NCBI GenBank assembly: GCA_964016885.1 | Contig: OZ024763.1 | Span: 15,810,001-15,874,000 of the forward strand | Direction of reading: 5' to 3' | DNA length: 64,000 nt | From: Eledone cirrhosa | Lineage: Eukaryota | In this document: positions 53,617-64,000 of the stretch, in pieces | How the letters are laid out: each line of letters begins with the position of its first letter | Numbering within the stretch: position 1 is the stretch's first letter | The notes under the pieces: model-generated | Seen by the model: the letters and a program-made list of their open reading frames with translations, nothing else | Databases searched by the model: none | Told to the model about the DNA's origin: nothing | Position numbers and translations under genes: made by a program

Positions 53617-54760
53617 CAGGTGTTGGACAAAATAATGGAAACACCTTAAAATTTCAAACAAATTTATTTTAATATGGGGTAGGACAGCCTTTAGCAGTAA
53701 TTACAGCTTCAATTCTACGAGCTATGGGCTCGTACTAGGTTTGAATTGTTTCCAAAGGAATGTTTGTCCATTCTTCAGCTAAAACAGTCTCCAGTTCTTG
53801 TAGTGATAATGGCGGAGGATATCGACCCCTTACTTGTTTTTCTAAAATGCACCACAAATGTTCAATACTTGTTTCTACTTTAGGCACAAGGCTAGCAATT
53901 ACCCAGTGTATTACTGGTACTTTATTTTATCGACCCTCGTAAGGATGAAAGGCAAAGTCAACCTCGGCGGGATTTGAACTCAGATCATAAAGGCATGTAA
54001 CTCTATGCTTCAAAGCATATATAGTAATAATTGTTTCTACTTTAGGCACAAGACCAGCAATTATCCCAGTGCATTACTGGTACTTTATTTTATCGACCCT
54101 CGTAAGGATGAAAGGCAAAGTCAACCTCGGCGGGATTTGAACTCAGATCATAAAGGCATGTAACTCTATGCTTCAAAGCATATATAGTAATAATTGTTTC
54201 TACTTTAGGCACAAGACCAGCAATTATCCCAGTGCATTACTGGTACTTTATTTTATCGACCCTCGTAAGGATGAAAGGCAAAGTCAACCTCGGCGGGATT
54301 TGAACTCAGATCATAAAGGGAGGTAACTATGCTTCAAAGCATATATAGTAATAATTGTTTCTACTTTAGGCACAAGGCCAGCAATTACCCAGTGCATTAC
54401 TGGTACTTTATTTTATCGACCCCGTAAGGATGAAAGGCAAAGTCAACCTCGGCGGGATTTGAACTCATCGTAAAGGGAGGTAACTATGCTTCAAAGCATA
54501 TATAGTAATAATTGTTTCTACTTTAGGCACAAGGCCAGCAATAACCCAGTGTATTACTGGTACTTTATTTTATCGACCCCGTAAGGATGAAAGGCAAAGT
54601 CAACCTCGGCGGGATTTGAACTCAGATCGTAAAGGGACGTAACTATGCTGGAAAGCATGGTGTCCGACCCCGACCCTCTACCGATACTGCCAATCCACCA
54701 CAAATGTTCAATAATATTGAGATCTGGGGACTGTGGTGGCCAGATAAGATGTTCAGCTTG
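53617..54760 (-). mobile_element. Tc1 transposon 3' fragment (defective transposase C-terminus plus TIR), split by a SINE array
   Basis: TIR TA|CAGGTGTTGGACAAAATAATGGAAACACC. The minus strand reads WPPQSPDLNIIEHLW / [59 protein letters not shown]. Confidence 0.88.
53868..54697 (-). mobile_element. Five tandem SINE family 1 units within one 18-bp TSD
   Basis: CACCACAAATGTTCAATA at 53850-53867 and 54696-54713. Units are ~160 bp. Confidence 0.85.
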
Positions 54761-54807
54761 AAACCAAACAAGGACATATCAGAACAAAATTATATATATA
54801 TATATAT

Positions 54808-54991
54808 GAAAGATTCGGGATCCCGACGGCTGAGCTCCTGCCGTTTCAACATCTAGATCCAGCTCGGATCCAGCAGTTGAAACGGCAAGAGCTCAGCCGT
54901 CGGAGTCCAGAATCTTCCATTCTACCCACTCTACTACCCCAAGCATCGAGTACTCTGGTAAGTAATGGTCTTACGGATTTTACCGCCTCCG

Positions 54992-54994
<3 letters not shown>
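54808..54994 (+). mobile_element. Fold-back element, family A (diverged)
   Basis: Hairpin GAAAGATTCGGGA..TCCAGAATCTTC, then tail CCACTCTACTACCCCAAGCATCGAGTACTCTGG. Confidence 0.6.
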
Positions 54995-55064
<70 letters not shown>

Positions 55065-55159
55065 TGAAGTAATTCCGTCGGAAAAGTCCAGGAAAAAAGA
55101 GTGCTCTATGTAGGTAACAGAGCTTAATAGTTATGTAATAAACAACATAAGGTAATTAT

Positions 55160-55218
55160 TCCATTTACCAGTGGTTTCTTAAAAGCAAAAAAATTTTGCT
55201 TTCAATCATCAGAATGAA
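55160..55218 (-). ncRNA. Type I hammerhead motif in a fold-back remnant (55062-55292)
   Basis: Reverse complement: TTCATT-CTGATGA-TTGAAAGC..GCTTTTAA-GAAA-CCACTGG-TA-AATGGA. Confidence 0.65.
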
Positions 55219-55286
55219 AAAATCCTGGTCTGTTTATTGAATTTAGATTTTAAAAATCCAAATTCAATAAACAGATGTTTATTACA

Positions 55287-55315
<29 letters not shown>

Positions 55316-55325
<10 letters not shown>

Positions 55326-58266
55326 GATCGAGTATCGAAAAATCGGCGCACGAGTTAACGAAAAACGAAATCCGATATGAGCGGCAGAGGGCTCAATAAT
55401 TCAGATGAATCAGAGCTATAACTATCGTTAAAATACCGTCACATATAGAACAAGTCTACAATCAACCATACGATTTAAAATCGATAAAGGAAGATTCGGG
55501 CCAAACAGATAAAAAATATCAATAAAACAATACGTCAATAATTTAAATGAATGTAAAATCATACCCGGACCCACTAGAAAGGTGTTAAATCTAGCTTCAT
55601 GGGTTTCTGTAAATCCTTAGACAGTACTCTATCAGCTCACATATAAATATAAAAGCCTACTAGAATAAGTGGAATGGAGTTTACGTCGTCAACGAGTTTT
55701 ATCCTGGCGGCAAAGGAGTCAACTAGCGGTGAAAAACGCACATGGCATTAGACAAGGGAGATGACCCCCATATCCGCGAAAATAATTCGAGTGAATGTGG
55801 AAATACACATATCGAATTAGAGTGCTCAATAGACATGTTAAAATAAAACAAAAGCTATTCATCACTCAATAGAATCGACAAAATATGAGCAATAAAATTA
55901 ACTGGTGGATAGCTAAGTCCAGAGCTAAATATATTAGAAAGATCGAGTATCGAAAAATCGGCGCACGAGTTAACGAAAAACGAAATCCGATATGAGCGGC
56001 AGAGGGCTCAATAATTCAGATGAATCAGAGCTATAACTATCGTTAAAATACCGTCACATATAGAACAAGTCTACAATCAACCATACGATTTAAAATCGAT
56101 AAAGGAAGATTCGGGCCAAACAGATAAAAAATATCAATAAAACAATACGTCAATAATTTAAATGAATGTAAAATCATACCCGGACCCACTAGAAAGGTGT
56201 TAAATCTAGCTTCATGGGTTTCTGTAAATCCTTAGACAGTACTCTATCAGCTCACATATAAATATAAAAGCCTACTAGAATAAGTGGAATGGAGTTTACG
56301 TCGTCAACGAGTTTTATCCTGGCGGCAAAGGAGTCAACTAGCGGTGAAAAACGCACATGGCATTAGACAAGGGAGATGACCCCCATATCCGCGAAAATAA
56401 TTCGAGTGAATGTGGAAATACACATATCGAATTAGAGTGCTCAATAGACATGTTAAAATAAAACAAAAGCTATTCATCACTCAATAGAATCGACAAAATA
56501 TGAGCAATAAAATTAACTGGTGGATAGCTAAGTCCAGAGCTAAATATATTAGAAAGATCGAGTATCGAAAAATCGGCGCACGAGTTAACGAAAAACGAAA
56601 TCCGATATGAGCGGCAGAGGGCTCAATAATTCAGATGAATCAGAGCTATAACTATCGTTAAAATACCGTCACATATAGAACAAGTCTACAATCAACCATA
56701 CGATTTAAAATCGATAAAGGAAGATTCGGGCCAAACAGATAAAAAATATCAATAAAACAATACGTCAATAATTTAAATGAATGTAAAATCATACCCGGAC
56801 CCACTAGAAAGGTGTTAAATCTAGCTTCATGGGTTTCTGTAAATCCTTAGACAGTACTCTATCAGCTCACATATAAATATAAAAGCCTACTAGAATAAGT
56901 GGAATGGAGTTTACGTCGTCAACGAGTTTTATCCTGGCGGCAAAGGAGTCAACTAGCGGTGAAAAACGCACATGGCATTAGACAAGGGAGATGACCCCCA
57001 TATCCGCGAAAATAATTCGAGTGAATGTGGAAATACACATATCGAATTAGAGTGCTCAATAGACATGTTAAAATAAAACAAAAGCTATTCATCACTCAAT
57101 AGAATCGACAAAATATGAGCAATAAAATTAACTGGTGGATAGCTAAGTCCAGAGCTAAATATATTAGAAAGATCGAGTATCGAAAAATCGGCGCACGAGT
57201 TAACGAAAAACGAAATCCGATATGAGCGGCAGAGGGCTCAATAATTCAGATGAATCAGAGCTATAACTATCGTTAAAATACCGTCACATATAGAACAAGT
57301 CTACAATCAACCATACGATTTAAAATCGATAAAGGAAGATTCGGGCCAAACAGATAAAAAATATCAATAAAACAATACGTCAATAATTTAAATGAATGTA
57401 AAATCATACCCGGACCCACTAGAAAGGTGTTAAATCTAGCTTCATGGGTTTCTGTAAATCCTTAGACAGTACTCTATCAGCTCACATATAAATATAAAAG
57501 CCTACTAGAATAAGTGGAATGGAGTTTACGTCGTCAACGAGTTTTATCCTGGCGGCAAAGGAGTCAACTAGCGGTGAAAAACGCACATGGCATTAGACAA
57601 GGGAGATGACCCCCATATCCGCGAAAATAATTCGAGTGAATGTGGAAATACACATATCGAATTAGAGTGCTCAATAGACATGTTAAAATAAAACAAAAGC
57701 TATTCATCACTCAATAGAATCGACAAAATATGAGCAATAAAATTAACTGGTGGATAGCTAAGTCCAGAGCTAAATATATTAGAAAGATCGAGTATCGAAA
57801 AATCGGCGCACGAGTTAACGAAAAACGAAATCCGATATGAGCGGCAGAGGGCTCAATAATTCAGATGAATCAGAGCTATAACTATCGTTAAAATACCGTC
57901 ACATATAGAACAAGTCTACAATCAACCATACGATTTAAAATCGATAAAGGAAGATTCGGGCCAAACAGATAAAAAATATCAATAAAACAATACGTCAATA
58001 ATTTAAATGAATGTAAAATCATACCCGGACCCACTAGAAAGGTGTTAAATCTAGCTTCATGGGTTTCTGTAAATCCTTAGACAGTACTCTATCAGCTCAC
58101 ATATAAATATAAAAGCCTACTAGAATAAGTGGAATGGAGTTTACGTCGTCAACGAGTTTTATCCTGGCGGCAAAGGAGTCAACTAGCGGTGAAAAACGCA
58201 CATGGCATTAGACAAGGGAGATGACCCCCATATCCGCGAAAATAATTCGAGTGAATGTGGAAATAC
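55316..58266. repeat. 615-bp tandem repeat, 4.8 apparently identical copies
   Basis: AGAAAGATCGAG starts at 55321, 55936, 56551, 57166 and 57781. Confidence 0.97.
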
Positions 58267-58402
58267 TTCGTTTCTGAATTTGTTTAGCAAGATTCTTTAT
58301 CTGAAAACGTGTGTTGAAACCGACATTGTTATGCTTTGGGAGTGAAAGCAACTGGTGCGTGTGTTTCTTATTGGCAACATGACCCTCTCAAAGCATAACA
58401 AT
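58267..58402 (-). mobile_element. Minimal family B fold-back with tail
   Basis: Hairpin ATTGTTATGCTTTG../..CAAAGCATAACAAT. The tail is shared with 17250-17275 and 35154-35184. Confidence 0.55.
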
Positions 58403-58418
58403 ATATATATATATATAT

Positions 58419-58475
<57 letters not shown>

Positions 58476-58655
58476 TACAACGAAAATTTACATGAAATAA
58501 AAAGTGAAGGTGAGAGAGGGAGAGGAGAGAGAGAGGGAGAGATGTACTAATGTAGAGACGGAAAAAGAAAAAATTAGTCGAGAAAGATATACACACTACA
58601 TATATATGTTTGCATATATATACACACACATATATATACACACATATATATATAT

Positions 58656-58696
<41 letters not shown>

Positions 58697-58980
58697 TATA
58701 TATATATACATATATATATACACACATATATATATATACATATATATATACACACATATATATACATATATACACACACACATATATACACATACATATA
58801 TATACACATACATATATCTACACACAGACACATATCTACACATATATATATATATACACACACACGCACATATATATATACACACACCTTTCTTATATAT
58901 ACACATATATATACGTGTATATATATATAAGAGAGGGAATAATAACACAGGAATATATATGAAGAAAGAGACGGCGACAA

Positions 58981-59025
<45 letters not shown>

Positions 59026-59181
59026 AATGTATTAGTTTGTATGCGTGCATAAGTATGTATGTATATGTGTGGGAAAGTCTGTATAATTGTGTGTATGTGT
59101 GTGTCTTTTATATGTGCGAAAGTCTGTCTAAATGTGTCTGTGTGTGTGTGTGTGTATAAGTATATATATATGGGAAAAATC

Positions 59182-59244
<63 letters not shown>

Positions 59245-59273
59245 ATGTATGTGTTTATGTGTGGGAAAGTCTG

Positions 59274-59306
<33 letters not shown>

Positions 59307-59379
59307 ATATGTATATGTATATGTGTATATAAGCGTGTATGTGAATGTATAAGCGTGTGTGTGTGAGTGTATAAGGCTG

Positions 59380-59866
59380 CACAAGTGTGTGTATGCTTCT
59401 GTATGTACGTGTGAGTGCGCCCGCGCGCTGGCGCGTCTATGTGTATGTATGTATGCGTGTGTATGTGTGTGTATAAGTCTGCACAAGTGTGTCTATGTGT
59501 ATGTATGTATGTATGCGTGTGTATGTGTGTGTATAAGTCTGCACAAGTGTGTGTATGTGTATGTATGCGTGTGTGTGTATGTGTGTGTATAAGTCTGCAC
59601 AAGTGTGTGTATGTGTATGTATGTATGCGTGTGTATGTGTGTGTATGTATGCATGTGTATGTGTGTGTATAAGTCTGCACAAGTGTGTGTATGTGTATGT
59701 ATGTATGCGTGTGTATGTGTGTGTATAAGTCTGCACAAGTGTGTGTATGTGTATGTATGTATGTATGCGTGTGTATGTGTGTGTATGTATGCATGTGTAT
59801 GTGTGTGTATAAGTCTGCACAAGTGTGTGTATGTGTATGTATGTATGTATGCGTGTGTATGTGTGT
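59380..59866. repeat. TAAGTCTGCACAAG-anchored minisatellite in (TG/TATG)n
   Basis: Direct reading. Confidence 0.85.
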
Positions 59867-60165
59867 GAAAGTCGATGGATAGACTTTTCCCCGATTAATC
59901 TCGACATCCTCGTTACCGTGTGTGCTAGGAGGTACCGAGTACTTTTACCGTATTGATTTTTGTCAGACAGAGTCTCCAAGCTGTACCTACTACGACTGCT
60001 AAAGCTGAGCTCTTGTCTGGCCTACATCCAACGATCTACCGACTCCGACCCTCTACATCACATAACCACACAGTTTGGCACTAATTCTACCTACAAACAA
60101 AATGGCCGCCCCTTTCTTAGTCGTTGTCAGAGTTGAACGCTATCTGACCACTAACAGACACGTAA

Positions 60166-60281
<116 letters not shown>

Positions 60282-60534
60282 GCATATGTATACATAAATA
60301 TATACACACATATATATACATAAATATATACACACATATATATATATATATATATACATATATATACATACATACATATATAAATATATATACATACATA
60401 TATATATAAATATATATACATACATATATATATAAATATATAGTATGCTAGGGAAAGGATCAGGGGTGTATAACACTCCACTTATCCAGCAGGCAGTATG
60501 AGGTTAGCTCAATGTCTGAGGACAGAGCCGTAAT

Positions 60535-62300
<1,766 letters not shown>

Positions 62301-62307
62301 ACTCATG

Positions 62308-62510
62308 TGAAGGCGCGTGGTTTAGTGGTTAAAGCGTTGGGCTTAAAATCGCGAAGTTGTGGGTTCGATTCCCAAACCGGGCGACGCATTGTGTCCTTGC
62401 GCCAGACACTTTAGTTCACCTTGCACCAGTCCACCCAGCTGGAATAAAAAGAGTCGTGAAGTCTCTGGTGCCAAGCTGTATCGGTCCTTGCTTTTCCATT
62501 GGACATTATA
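62308..62510 (+). mobile_element. SINE family 2
   Basis: GGCGCGTGGTTTAGTGGTTAAAGCG..GGGTTCGATTCCC..GTGTCCTTGCGCCAGACACTT. Confidence 0.8.
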
Positions 62511-62514
62511 TATA

Positions 62515-62940
62515 GGGCGGTGGATTGGCAGTATCGGTAGAGGGTCGGACGCTATGCTTTGCAGCAAAGTTCCGTCCCTTTACGATCTGAGTTCAAATCC
62601 CGCCGAGGTTGACTTTGCCTTTCATCCTTACGGGGTCGATAAAATAAAGTACCAGTAATGCACTGAGGTAATTGCTGGCCTTGTGCCTAAAGTAGAAACA
62701 ATTGTATATAGTGGCAGTATCGGTAGAGCGTCTGACGCAAATCCCGTGGTCATTTGGATTGGCAGTATCGGTAGAGGGTCGGACGCCATGCTTTGCAGCA
62801 TAGTTACGTCCCTTTACAATCTGAGTTCAAATCCCGCCGAGGTTGACTTTGCCTTTCATCCTTACGGGGTCGATAAAATAAAGTACCAGTAATGGACTGG
62901 GGTAATTGCTGGCCTTGTGCCTAAAGTAGAAACAATTATT
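62515..62940 (+). mobile_element. Two full SINE family 1 copies in tandem (plus a partial head at 62712-62738)
   Basis: TGGATTGGCAGTATCGG..GAGTTCAAATCCCGCC..AGTAGAAACAATT occurs twice. Confidence 0.85.
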
Positions 62941-63330
62941 TACCGAAGGGAGTCTTTACCTTTTACATCGGTCATATATATATATATATATACATATATA
63001 CAAGAAAGTACGTCCATAGAATCATTAGATAAAATATATACAGTATTTCCTCTCCCAATCAGCATAATTAACCACACAAAAAATCAATTAAACAAGGCTA
63101 TAAGTTTAAAAAGCACCTCTTTTTGGAAATATCCGATCAAGGATAAATTCACGAGTTTCGAAATCATCAGGAAACAAACTCAATTGGACAAAGATTTTTC
63201 TTAAATGATCCCCGCCAGAAACGATATATATATATGTGTGTGTGTAAAAGGTAAACAGAAATAACAACACAATCGGTACAGTTTATGGAAGGTATATATT
63301 AGGTTAACGCTTGATATAGTAGGAAGAGGG

Positions 63331-63366
63331 TCTTAACGTTTCGGACGCTAGTCCTTCATCAGAAGA
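63331..63366 (-). ncRNA. Minimal type I hammerhead motif
   Basis: Reverse complement: TCTT-CTGATGA-A-GGAC-TAGC-GTCC-GAAA-CG-TT-AAGA. Confidence 0.7.
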
Positions 63367-63659
63367 AAGAATAAGAAATAAGATAGATTGAGGAGAAGGG
63401 CGGGATGGAATTGGAAAAAATGTCTTTAGATAAAAATAACAGGTCCATTCATGTTGACATCTCTTGCAAAACTGTTGGTGTTGGCGTTTTGTGTATGATT
63501 TATTTTTTAGAAAAGTGGATGATGGAGCGCGTCTATTCTTCTTGTGACGCTAAACCCCGCCAGATGCAGACTGCGCTTCAACATAAGATATTTTTCTCCA
63601 CAAAGTTCGATCACCAACAGCAGAGTTCAGAGAGCAAAGATCAAGTCCAGTCCATAAGT

Positions 63660-64000
63660 TGACATTATCAAAGCCATCGTTTTGGCTGCCAGCCTCTGCT
63701 TCTCTTACCAGCCAACCTTCCTTCCAGGCATAAACCTACTCACACCACGAGTTGATCTTTTTATATGACCGTATAGTTTGAGTACTTTTGACTTGACAAT
63801 TGATGTAATTGGTCTAAGTTTGGTAATGTTGAGCAGCTCACTGATGCAGATGCTGTCACTGAGCCGCTTGCCAGTCATAAGTCTCATGATGTGGTTCTGG
63901 AATGTAGAGAGCTTCTCAAGTGACCTTGTCCTCGTCCAATTAACACAGTCAAGACCATATAACACAACTGGTAGGATGTAAGTATCAAAGATCTTAAGAC
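63660..64000 (-). mobile_element. Degenerate non-LTR (RTE-like) RT C-terminal fragment, running off the window edge
   Basis: LPVVLYGLDC..LSTFQNHIMRLMTG..KLYGHIKRS. Confidence 0.75.

Noticed and set aside
62308-62385. tRNA gene
   Set aside because: It continues into a CORE-like SINE body with other copies in the window, and there is no clean acceptor stem or terminator.
63146-63176. Minus-strand CTGATGA-TTTC-GAAA-CTC
   Set aside because: There is essentially no stem II and stem I is weak, so it cannot be told from chance.

Overview
This is eukaryotic, AT-rich, microsatellite-saturated DNA, most likely from an octopod cephalopod. That assignment is inferred from the SINE and RTE families and the (TA)n/(TACA)n density. 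No intact cellular gene is evident, and nearly all long ORFs in the track are artefacts of simple repeats. The window is a mosaic of RTE-clade LINE fragments (one with a PHD finger inside the RT region), a bipartite RTE-derived non-autonomous element, two tRNA-derived SINE families, Tc1, pogo-, piggyBac- and Helitron-like DNA elements, many minisatellites and a 615-bp satellite. Between (TA)n tracts there are also many short fold-back Penelope-like (PLE) remnants. These carry about ten minimal type I hammerhead ribozyme motifs, a GIY-YIG fragment and a shared 3' tail hairpin. The most striking signal is two diverged copies (16777-16877 +, 51107-51210 -) of a hammerhead whose core strands are in a non-circularly permuted, multi-pseudoknotted order, with compensatory substitutions in six predicted helices. 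All folds were derived by eye and are untested.
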